From assembly GCF_001194135.2 (NCBI RefSeq), contig NC_068998.1, forward strand, positions 40,610,487-40,674,486: 64,000 nucleotides of DNA. Direction: 5' to 3'. Both the position numbers and the translations under genes were made by a program. The stretch comes from Octopus bimaculoides. Taxonomy: Eukaryota. The notes beneath the pieces were generated by a model, which made no database searches, had not been told where the DNA came from, and was given only the letters and a program-made list of their open reading frames with translations. Shown here one piece after another: positions 1 to 10,178 of this stretch. Numbering within the stretch: position 1 is the stretch's first letter; each line of letters opens with the position of its first letter.

Positions 1-124
1 ACAATGCGTCTCCAACTTTCCTTTAACTTGAAAATACCCTCTTCCCAGAATTGAGGTGGTTTCATGGCAAATAAGTCGAAAGGTAAGCTACTATAAATTG
101 GCACAAACTTTCCGGACAACCCAA

Positions 125-126
<2 letters not shown>
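1..126. mobile_element. End of a Tc1/mariner-type element (terminal inverted repeat)
   Basis: ...aaactttccggacaacccaa-TA; the reverse complement TATTGGGTTGTCCGGAAAGT resembles the TIR of the mariner at 60.5 kb. Confidence 0.45.
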
Positions 127-162
<36 letters not shown>

Positions 163-221
163 TGCTTATGTGTATTCATGTGTGTGTGCATATGCATGCA
201 TGTATATATATATATATATAT

Positions 222-1078
222 ATAATAAAAATAATGAAGTTCTTGTTTAGTGCTCAGGTGCACTACAATTTATCAAAGGTGCATGTATAGTACATAGAAT
301 TATGTACTAATGTCAGGAAAGGGAACAGTGTGTGAGTCATGATATACATGTGTGCATGCGTATGGAGGAGGGGATATCAGGTATAGTGTTGGCAAATTTC
401 AGGAAGAATGGTGGTTTCAAAGGATGCAATGTCTTGGCAGCTAACAACTGATGCAGGTAGTTTGTTCCATGCTTCAGCAAAAATGTTTCTGAAAGTCATG
501 GAAGCTGTGCTGTTTTCTGACATTGAAGGCAGATCCACATGTAGAAGACACATAGAGCTCAAAAAGGTGTTCAAGGTGGTTGTTGGCAGAATGGTTAATA
601 ATTTTGTGGGTGTTTACCAAGTCAGTTGCCAAACATCAGAGTTTCAGTGTATCCATGCTTCAAGAAGCAAGGCATTCAGAGTATTTTCTTGGTTGCACGT
701 CTCTAAACAGTTTCCAGGAGGTCAACGTTCTGAGCAAGATAGGAATTCCAGATTGGTGCTGCAAATTCCAAAATGTGGCCACACCATATATAGCCTTAAA
801 TAGATAGCTGGAGAGTGACTGACAAAAGCCTTTCTGAGGGATGCCAAGGTACCCTTGGCCTTCTTGGCAATTTTAGAGATGTGCTTTGTCCAGCGCAAGT
901 CGCTGCTAACAGTAATGCCCAGGTCACATTCACAAGGCAACCTCTTAATATTAGTGTTGTGGACGCTGGGTTTTTCCTCCCAAAATGCATGGTGGTACAC
1001 TTGTCCACAACCAGCTTGAGTTGCCAGTCCATGATCTGTTGCAGCATTGTGTCCAAGTCCGATTGCAGGAAAGATCTA
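222..1078 (-). mobile_element. CR1/L2-clade LINE, 3' end of ORF2 plus 3' UTR (degenerate)
   Basis: Minus-strand frames give DLDTMLQQIMDWQLKLVVDKCTTMHFGRKNP, CECDLGITVSSDLRWTKHISKIAKKAKGTLASLRKAF and AEAWNKLPASVV, typical of the CR1/L2 RT C-terminus. Frameshifts and stops are present, with an AT-rich tail near 222-240. Confidence 0.8.
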
Positions 1079-1675
1079 ATATATATATATACGGTGGTGC
1101 ACCAGCATGACCGCAGCCACTTGGCTGAAACACATAAATAAATAAATAAATAAATATATATATATATATAATCTTCTTCATACTCAACATTTAATGTCCA
1201 TTTTCCATCCTGGCTTAAATTGAAAGCTTTAATAGGATCCAGCAAACTAAATGGCTGTGCCAAACTCTTGGGTTAGCTTTGGCATGTTTTCTATAGCTGG
1301 ATGCCCTTTCTAATGCTAATCACCTTACAGTGTCTACTGAGTGATTTTTTTTTTTTTATTTGTGCCACAAGGCACAAGTGAGGTTGCTAATTAAGTTGAA
1401 AGGTATAAAAAGAACAGGAAAGGGGGAAAGTCCCTGTGAATGTGACAGGTGAAAGTATAGGGAGGAGGGAGTAGCTTTATGCCAGGTGCAGGGATACTGA
1501 AGTACAATATAGGGACAAGTATAGAGGAGATGCATGGCTACCCCACATTATATAAAAATATATTAGCTGGAAAGAAGATAAAGACGGTAGTGATTGGCAC
1601 CTGAGTAAACTTTTAAGGAAGAAGAAGATGAGCATAAAACATGATACCGTTAGTGAAAGATGAACATAAGAGAGG

Positions 1676-1717
<42 letters not shown>

Positions 1718-1943
1718 GGCGGTGAGCTGGCAGAATCGTTAGCACGCCGGGCGAAATGCTTAGCGGTATTTCGTCTGTTGTTACGTTCTAGGTTCAAATT
1801 CCGCTGAGGTTGACTTTGCCTTTCATCCTTTCGGGGTCGATTAAATAAGTACCAGTTACGCACTGGGGTCGATGTAATCGACTTAATCCCTTTGTCTGTC
1901 CTAATTTGTTCCCTCTGTGTTTAGCCCCCCGTGGGCAATAAAG

Positions 1944-1946
<3 letters not shown>
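1718..1946 (+). mobile_element. tRNA-derived SINE, family A (young copy)
   Basis: Head GGCGGTGAGCTGGCAGAATCGTTAGC (A-box-like), GGTTCAAATTCC (B-box) and body CCTTTCATCCTTTCGGGGTCGATTAAATAAGTACCAG. Related copies at about 4506-4738, 41457-41555 and 47905-48125. Confidence 0.8.
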
Positions 1947-1983
<37 letters not shown>

Positions 1984-2216
1984 GAAGGTTTGAAAATGCA
2001 CTTATTTTTAAAAAATATTTATTTACTTAACCGGTTTCACTTTTTTAGAAAAAGATTATCAAAAGTCTTTGAGAATAATAAAAAATGTTAAAAAACAGTC
2101 TGAGTATTAAAATGCATATATACATTCTTTGATGATAAAATATATTTAAAGTATAAAGCTTTGTATGAACTTTGTAGTGTTACATACTGATTGTCATATT
2201 AAGGTGAAATTGTTAA

Positions 2217-2250
<34 letters not shown>

Positions 2251-2877
2251 GTATGTAAATGTGTATATATATGTATAAACACCAATCAACTTCTGGAGAG
2301 TAATTTAATAAATTAACACCTACATTCTGGTTTCTGGCCTTGTGCCTATGTTAGAAGTTATTATTATTATTATTATCATTATACTGTGTAACACAATTTT
2401 TGTCCTTGGGTAGCATTTGTTATTTCGTTTTTACTTACTCCTAGAAAGTATGAAAAACAGTTGATATTTCCTTCAAACTTTGCATTTATTCAAATCCCAA
2501 AGAAACCCACTCAACACATTACTATGATGCTCCCCCATTACACCTGCTCATTATCAAAGATGCACAAACTGTCAGCCACTAAAGGACATGCTCAAATGGT
2601 TACGGTCAAGCAACTGGCGAGCAAATCTATGGTATTTAGCAGAATATTTGCTATAATGATATTTCTGCTTCAGCAATTCAGTGTTGAATCTGTCTGAAAT
2701 GTAATGGAAAATAGGTCAGTTTCAAAGCATTGATGTCCAGGTTGCCAAAGTAAAGTTTGAAGGGAATAGTAATCTTTTGATTTCTAGTTAAAAGCAAATA
2801 GGAAATAACACTTATGACAAAAGACAAAAAAAAATTTTAATTTTGTTATATAGAGTTATCATTTAATTTTCTTTCAG

Positions 2878-3064
2878 ATAAGAAATCATGGATTGGTGAC
2901 AGCAGCCCAACATTTGTTGGACAACCCCGTCACTATATTGGTATCACCATGCTTACTTTAAATTCTTCAATCCTGATAACCTTGAAGGAACGCCTTGTTG
3001 ACTTCCCTGATGTTTCTCATGGCATCTACATACACAAAATAATCATAGATTCTCCAGCAGATCG
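2878..3064 (+). CDS. HTRA2: HtrA2/Omi-family serine protease, penultimate coding exon (linker + first part of PDZ domain)
   Basis: Acceptor ttttctttcag at 2877 and donor CG|gtaaat at 3064/3065. Translates (x)KKSWIGDSSPTFVGQPRHYIGITMLTLNSSILITLKERLVDFPDVSHGIYIHKIIIDSPADR, matching the HtrA PDZ start (RRYIGVMMLTL...[21 protein letters not shown]). Only the PDZ part is visible, so the paralog assignment within the HtrA family is not certain. Upstream exons were not found in the window. Confidence 0.85.
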
Positions 3065-4419
3065 GTAAATATTTCACAAAATGTTTAAAACAATTTCGTG
3101 TCTAGCTTTAAAACAATTGTTTTTCTCTTCTTTCTCTTTCCTATTTTTCCTTCTGTTTAACATCCAGCTTTCATTTCCCTCTTGTTTTCTTTCCTTTTAT
3201 ACACATTGATAAAAGAAAGTTACCAGTAATATACTGAGGTGGGACAGTGGTGATCTGGCAAAATCATTATCATGTTGGAGAAAATGCTTAGCATTCTTTC
3301 ATCAGAGCATCAGAAAAATTGTTTTGTGTTATTTGTTCCAGCTTCTGATATTCTGTGTTCAAGTCTCACTATGGTCAACTCTGTCTTCATTTTGGAATCA
3401 ATAAAATAAGTTCTAGTCAAGTACTCGGATCAATAGTATCAAAAAACCCTTTCTCTTAAAATTGCTGGCCTTGTGCCTAAATTAGAAACAATTATGTTGT
3501 GCAAGAGTACGATGCCCCCTCACGAGATTGGACTGGACCACTATATATAAATAGTAGAGGTCTGAGTAAGTGAGGTAGTTTGTGCTACTTCCACAGTTTG
3601 TGTGTTGATAGTAGTGGCAGCTCATAGATAAAATGAGTGTGGGTGCGCTGCAGAAAATTTTTATCTGTTGTTTTAATATTGTGTAAAAGGAAACAAACAT
3701 ATAAAAAGAAAATTTATACATAAACTTGATTAGTTCATGTTTTAGCCACTGCCAGATAGTGTGTTTAATTTGTTTGCTGAACACCACCACAAATTCCTCC
3801 TTGTTTTTCAAAAATCCCCCCCTAAATCACAAAATAAGGGGGAAATATGCCCCTATTTTTCAAATCCTGGCAGCAACACTGAAGCTGGAAGCAGAATAAT
3901 AATCTAATTCTAGACTTTATCACATTCAAGAATATAAGCACATTTTTAAGTACAACACACGTAGAGTCAAAAAGAAACACTATCTTTCACCAGCACACCG
4001 GAGTCAGCACTGCATGAATGACAGTGCTCTCTCTCTCCCTAGTATGAAGCTTCCTATCTCAGACATGCGCACACCAGCCAAACATCACATTGCTGGAACT
4101 ATGAAGCGCACAGTTCTATACAAGGATTTTTGTATTTTTTTGATAAACTAGGAGATGGCTACTGACATTAAGGAGTATATAATGTATAAGTATAAAAAAA
4201 GAATTAAAGAAAAAGGACTCGTTATCTTGAATGTTATCAATAATACTAAGTGGAAATAGTGGGTGCTGCAGTTCCGCAATGCCTATACACGAGCCTCCAC
4301 TGGTTGATAGTTCAAAGTTTGCAGTTCGAGTTAGGGTGTTGGATTGTTAGTTCTTAAAAGATTGTTGTTCCGTTATGTGTGGTTACTACCATTTGTTTCA
4401 ATTATATTGTTATTACACT

Positions 4420-4740
4420 GTTGCAGTGTATAAGTACCAGCTGCGCACTGAAGTTGATGTAATCAATTTATCCCCTCCCTCAAACTTGCTAGTCTTGTAC
4501 CAAAATTTGAAATCATCATTATTATTCAGGCAACAAGCTGACAGAATCATTAGCACGCTGGGCAAAATGCTTAGTAGCTTATTGTCCATTTTTACATTCT
4601 GAGGTTGATTTTGCCTTTCATCCTTTTGGGGTTGATAAAATAAGCACCAGTTGAGCACTAGTATTGATGTAATCAACTTAAGCCCTCCTCCTAAACTGCT
4701 GGTCCTGTACCAAAATTTGAAACCATTATTATCATCATAA
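4420..4740 (+). mobile_element. Two tandem family-A SINE copies with (ATT)n tails in the HtrA intron
   Basis: The ataagtaccag...ccaaaatttgaaatcatcattattatt 3' end occurs twice; the second copy has a head at about 4506. Confidence 0.65.
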
Positions 4741-5735
4741 TAAGTATAGTGGATTGGCATCAGAAAAATGCCTTACTGCATTTTAGTCTAGCTTTATATG
4801 TCCTGAGTTCAAATCCTGCTGACGCCAACTTTGCCAAATCTATCCAACCATGTTTCTCTTCTACTGGTATGTGGGTTTTGATGTGTAAGTGTGAAAGAGT
4901 GAGGTTCTTTTCACTTTCATAAGGTAAATGTCTTCTACCATAGCTTAGAGTTAACCCAAGCTGTGTGAGTTAAATTGAGTTGATGGAAACTCTGGGAAGC
5001 TACCAGAAGGACAATATCTGTGATTTAAAAGGCCAGCCATATTGTACACTTTCTGAGGCTGAGTGTTCCTGAGTATTTCATTAAAAGTTCAAGTATATGT
5101 CTGTAGAATACTCAAACTCTAAATCAATGAATAGGTCATTCAACTTGTTCAGAATATACATATACACATGTGATCAAACAAACTCCAAAGAGGCTGGTGT
5201 AGATTCTGCATTGGCAAGATTTATATTATACAGCAAAATTGTAGAAAAGAGAACAATGAAAAATTCAACATTTTAGGCAATCCTTCTTCAAGGAAAAGTA
5301 AAAAGGAGAAAAATTAATGAGAGAAAGTAGAATTTTACATCCTTTAAGTTGCAGCCAGTTTTGTTTAACATAGAGAATGTAAAACTCTGCCATTTCTCAT
5401 TACTTTCTTTTCTTTATACTTTTCTCTTATACTTTTTCTACCTTTTGGTATTCAAATGCTTTTTTTTTCACCTTGTTTTACATCTATGTGCTTACTTGTG
5501 TGTACAGACACACAAACACACACAACAGGCTTCTTCATAGTTTCTGATGTTGATCAGTCCAAAGTTATGGTAGTAACCACACAGCCACACTTGCATAGCT
5601 CTCCCTCTCTAATCAACGCATTGTAAGCCACACTATAATTTGCAAAAAAATTTATCTGCGCGCAGGGTATGCATCTCCTCTCTGATGCTTTGTTTTCCCA
5701 TTCACTATTATTTCTATTTGTTTTTCTTCCATCAG

Positions 5736-5904
5736 GGCTGGCCTTAAAGTTGGAGATGTGATTGTTGCCGTAAACAATAAAGATGTCAGGGATTCATCTG
5801 ATGTCTACAAAGCTATTGAGTCTGGTCAACTTTTGACACTGACAATCAGCCGCCGGAGACAGACTTTAAATATTAAAATTGAACCAGAGATGATATATGA
5901 TTGA
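5736..5904 (+). CDS. HTRA2: HtrA2/Omi-family serine protease, last coding exon (PDZ C-terminal half)
   Basis: Acceptor ttttcttccatcag at 5735. Phase is compatible with the previous exon (CG+G = Arg). Translates AGLKVGDVIVAVNNKDVRDSSDVYKAIESGQLLTLTISRRRQTLNIKIEPEMIYD*, matching HtrA2 AGLRPGDVILAI...DVYEAV...RRGRETLTLYVTPE. The intervening intron 3065-5735 is GT-AG. Confidence 0.88.
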
Positions 5905-5948
5905 TTGTGAATTTCATATTAGTGGAATTTGTTTGTGATAAAAAATTA

Positions 5949-5954
5949 AATAAA
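5949..5954 (+). terminator. Candidate polyadenylation signal of the HtrA gene
   Basis: AATAAA 45 nt after the stop codon. The region is very AT-rich, so this may be chance. Confidence 0.35.
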
Positions 5955-6164
5955 TATAAAAGGAAAAAACACTTTTTTAATTTGATCAAAACTTGTTTTT
6001 AATAATATCGTACTATGTAAAACAAAAAATACAAAGAAATTTTGATTAATTTAAAAAGATTTTGGCTTTTTCCTCTGTAAACTGTGTGTAAAATGGCAAT
6101 ACATCATATATATGATTGAGTGAACAAATGAAAGAAAGTAACATTCAATACATTTGGTTGGAGC

Positions 6165-6312
6165 TAATAGCAGTTTGACTCAGCTTCACATGACTTAAAG
6201 TTTCATGGATGAGTAGGATGCATCCTTCTCATCAGATGCTAGGAAGGAGCATCTGATGAGATGGACATGTTCTATTCATCCACAAAACTTAAGCTGAGTC
6301 AGGCTGTCATTA
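6165..6312. repeat. About 148-bp imperfect inverted repeat (fold-back, MITE-like)
   Basis: Perfect 14-bp core TCTCATCAGATGCT / AGCATCTGATGAGA around a 7-nt loop. Arms extend with mostly transition mismatches to TGACTCAGCTT / AAGCTGAGTCA and beyond. Confidence 0.8.
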
Positions 6313-6879
6313 TATAATCAATCATCATTTTATGTCTACTTTTCTACCATAAGTTGGATTAATTTTTTGAGGCAATATTTTTCCACTAGGTGTCACTCTC
6401 TGTGTCAACAATTTTAATTGCCTCTTATGACATGCAAAGTAAAGTGTACCTAGTTTAAAATTTGGATGCACATAGTGTGTATGTATGTGTGTGAGTACTT
6501 AGTCTGGTACTTATTCTGTCAGTCATTTACTGAATTGCTAAGTTATGGAAACATAAACTAGCACTGGTTGTCAAACAGTAGACGGAAGACAAGCACAAAT
6601 ACAAAGACACAAATATACACACATATATGTATACAAAGGGCTTCCACACTGTTTCTATCAACCAAAGACACTCATAAGATATTGATTAGCCTGGGGTTGT
6701 AATAGAAAGCAGTTACCCAAGGTGCTGTGCAGTGGAACTAAACTCAAAACTCTGTAGGGGTGCAAAGGGAGTTTCTTAACCATATAGCTATCCCTGCACA
6801 AATATAGTTTTATTTACAATCATACAAACAAATCAGGTAATATAACTCAAAGTTTCGCATAAGTCTGATAGACCTACAG

Positions 6880-7120
6880 TCATCAGATGTGCCTGTAAGG
6901 ATTGAGAATGGTCATGGCCAAGATAGCTATGGAGTCCCTTTCTCCGCAACCATTTTCACTGTGACCATTTTGTGTGTGTTCATAGATAGATAGGTATAAA
7001 GATATAAACTTAGTCATTAGATATGCTTGTTTGGATTGAGAATGGTCACTGCCAAAATAGCTATGGAGGCCCTTCCTCTGCAGCCACTTTTGCAGTGACC
7101 ATTCTAGACCATACAGGCAC
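6880..7120. repeat. Two tandem palindromic units (67-nt hairpins at 6905-6971 and 7039-7105)
   Basis: Direct repeat with a 134-bp period; each unit folds back (AGAATGGTCACTGC...GCAGTGACCATTCT in copy 2). Confidence 0.8.
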
Positions 7121-7417
7121 AAAGCTTTTAGTTACATAACCGTCTTGCTTATAAAACTATATATTGTCTCTGCTTTGTAGAGTGAATGCTTTTTTTTTTC
7201 AATCTACTCCTGAAAAAGCACACACACAGCTGAATACAATCATACTTATATGTATTAACACATACATACACCATAATATAGAACACAAACTTTTACAACT
7301 TTGCTGCTGTACTGTGCAAATAGTTATTGTGAACTACATCCTGTTAGTTTTGCATACAGGATTATCTATAGTGCTTTTACATATGTAGCTAACTTTAATA
7401 GTTGCTACCCTAATTTC

Positions 7418-7570
7418 ATGTCTTCTACTATTGCTCTGAGCCAGCAAAAGCCTTGTGAGTGGATTTGGTTTAAGGAAACTAAAACTGTTTGTCTGCATGT
7501 ATGTCTTGTTAACAACTAGTATTGCATAATACTTCTTAACAAACTTCATTGTCATAGTGAAAACATGTCT
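7418..7570 (+). repeat. 153-bp duplication, copy 1 (copy 2 at 11288-11440)
   Basis: 151/153 identical by direct comparison. It includes unique non-SINE sequence and is bounded by ATGTCT at both ends. Confidence 0.9.
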
Positions 7571-8809
7571 TTTCTTAGATACTCAGCGATGTGTTCACAA
7601 TTGTCACCCATCCTTCCATATATGGCACAATACTTGATGATAAAAATATACGACTTCATAAAGAAATCTTGCATGTGTGTAAAAAACATAGAAAGTTACT
7701 TATCGTTTTAGTAGTCTCTTGATCCAAAGTTGAATCCAATCTGCCTTTCTTTTATGTAAATATATTAATTCACTCATTACATGAATTTTATATACAAAAG
7801 TAACAACAATGTTGATAATCTGATAAGATATTGGTCTGTCGACTTATGTAGATTATCTCCCTTGTAATCAGTTAGCCAACTTGGCCTCCAAGCTGTATAA
7901 ATTTTTTCTTTTTAGTTGTTTCCGTCACTGGACTACGACCGTGCTGTGACACCGAATAATTTCGCACATAAGTTTTATGAAAAATAAAAAAATTATACAT
8001 TAATATGAGCAGAATTCAAATGAATGAAATTTCCGTAGAAATGTTGAGAGATTTAATAGTTTACTGAAAACGCCACTGGTACTCAAATTACAATAGCAAT
8101 TAATATATTTTTCAAGACAATATTAGTACTTTATTATCAAGTATTGTAATATGCATTGTAGAAAGGGAGCCATATTTTGGAATTTCTATTGTAATGAACA
8201 CATTATTGATTATCTCAGAAAAGGCTTATAAATTATACATAAGGAATTATAACGTGATAATATTGTGTACACATGAAGTCTGAATAACCAGGTTGGTTAT
8301 GGCTGGATTGCCTTTGATCATGGGCTTACTCGATCAGGTTTAGAAGTGTAGCAATTGAGGCAGTAACCCCTGATTGCAGGTGTGAAAGAATGCAAGATTT
8401 CTTCTGGCCTATTGTTCCTATTCATTTAGACAGGGATACCAAGAGTCTCACTGCCCACCAAGCAATGCAGAACTGCCTTTACACTACTGATAAGGTCTGA
8501 AATGGGACTAAACAACAATAATTTTATGTCTACTTCTTATTTTTTATGCTAGGTGAGTCTACTATATCTCGTCGTCACACATCTATCTTTTATTTGTTAT
8601 CTCTCCTTACATCCCAAGATCTAATCTTACAGTCTCAACCCACGTCTTTCTCCATCCTCTTTCTTCACAATTATCTACAGCACATCAAGCAAGGAGAATT
8701 TCTATGTGGTTGCCCAAACTGCTGAAAATAGCCCTTGATTTTTATTCAAATTACTGTCTACCATTATAGAACAGGGAAGAACACATTGAATAATGTAGTC
8801 CTAGATACA

Positions 8810-8942
8810 CATCATCATCATCATCGTTTAACGTCCGCTTTCCACGCTAGCATGGGCTGGACGATTTGCCTGAGGACTGGTGAACCAGATGGCTACACTA
8901 AGCCCCAATCTGACTTGGCAGAGTTTCTACAGCTGGATGCCA
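8810..8942 (-). mobile_element. SINE family C ((GAT)n-tailed), 3' portion
   Basis: Reverse complement of ...GGCATCCAGCTGTAGAAACTCTGCC...CATGCTAGCATGGAAAGCGGACGTTAAACGATGATGAT. Confidence 0.75.
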
Positions 8943-9364
8943 GTATCAGAAAAAAAGATAGCACAGCCAAGACTTGAATGGATCTAATCATAGGTCTGCT
9001 CAAACAAAGCTGGCCTGGGACTAAATGACTAAAAACATGCGACAATTTTTTTTTCTCAACACTCATCATGTATTCATAACACATGTTCATACCAACATGG
9101 TTACACCTTCTGCATACTTCGGCTGCTGTCTTTAATATCATCATCATCATTGACCTCTTTTTATATCCAGGTTTCCATACCAGCATATGGTTTCCATAGG
9201 TCACAGTGTCTTACCACCCACAGCTATTGAGAAAAACATGAAGAAACTGAGTAAAACTAAGTACAAAAGGTTGATTTCACTAGTAACACTAGACAAATAT
9301 CTGATCAGCTTGTGAAGCACTTCAGTCTCAAAGGACAAGACACACACACAATCATATAAATATA

Positions 9365-9545
9365 TGGTTGTGTGGTAAGAAGCTTACTTCCTAGCTATAT
9401 GTTTCCAGGTTCAGTTCCAAGTGTCTTCTACCATAGCCTCAGGCTAACCTTGGGTAAGTGTCTTTTACTATAAGTTGATTAAATCCTTGTGAGTGGATCT
9501 GGTAGATGGAAACTGAAAGAAGCCTGTCGTATATATAAATATATA
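9365..9545 (+). mobile_element. tRNA-derived SINE family B, 5' part
   Basis: TGGTTGTGTGGTAAGAAGCTT...GGTTCAGTTCC...CCTTGTGAGTGGATCTGGTAGATGGAAACTGAAAGAAGCC. Confidence 0.7.
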
Positions 9546-9549
9546 TTCT

Positions 9550-9731
9550 TTCATTCTTTTACTTATTTGACTGCTGCCATGCTGGAGCACCACTTTTAGT
9601 CGAGCAAATCGACCCCAGGACTTATTCTCTGTAAGCCTAGTACTTATTCTATTGGTCTCTTTTGCTGAACTGCTAAGTTATGGGGATGTAAACACACCAG
9701 CATTGCTTGTCAAGCGATGTTGGGGTGACAG

Positions 9732-9826
<95 letters not shown>

Positions 9827-9950
9827 ACAGGCTTCTATCAGTTTTTTCTACCAAATCCACTCACAAGGCTTTGGTCAGCCCAAGGCTATAATAGAAGACA
9901 CTTGCCCAAGGTTGGTAAGCAAGCTATTTACCACCTAGCCACTCCTGTGC
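9550..9950 (-). mobile_element. tRNA-derived SINE family B, near full length with internal (CA)n(TA)n
   Basis: Head at about 9950 on the minus strand, internal microsatellite at 9731-9823, and 3' part ...CCAGCATGGCAGCAGTCAAATAAGTAAAAGAAT. Confidence 0.75.
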
Positions 9951-9967
9951 CTGTATATATATGTATT

Positions 9968-10178
9968 TGTTGCCAGTACCGCATGACTGGCCCTCGTGCC
10001 GGTGGCACGTAAAAGCACTCACTACACTCTCGGAGTGGTTGGCGTTAGGAAGGGCATCCAGCTGTAGAAACTCTGCCAGATCAGATTGGAGCCTGGTGCA
10101 GCCAACCGGTTCACCAGTACTCAGTCAAATCGTCCAACCCATGCTAGCATGGAAAGCGGACATTAAACAATGATGATA
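9968..10178 (+). mobile_element. SINE family C ((GAT)n-tailed)
   Basis: GGCACGTAAAAGCAC...GGTTGGCGTTAGGAAGGGCATCCAGCTGTAGAAAC...TTAAACAATGATGAT. Near-identical copies at 40322-40570 (+), 50727-50970 (+) and 56805-57056 (-), and an older one at 15298-15545 (-). Confidence 0.8.

Noticed and set aside
6250-6300. CTGATGAG as a hammerhead ribozyme core
   Set aside because: No properly placed GAAA or three-stem junction; the motif is simply one arm of the inverted repeat.
7570-7700. Open frames next to the duplicated block (e.g. YCAIYGRMGDNCEHIAEYLRKD on the minus strand)
   Set aside because: No family recognised and no convincing splice pair.
9652-10012. ORFs rich in YI/HT/CV repeats here and throughout the window
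   Set aside because: Artefacts of (TA)n and (CA)n microsatellites.
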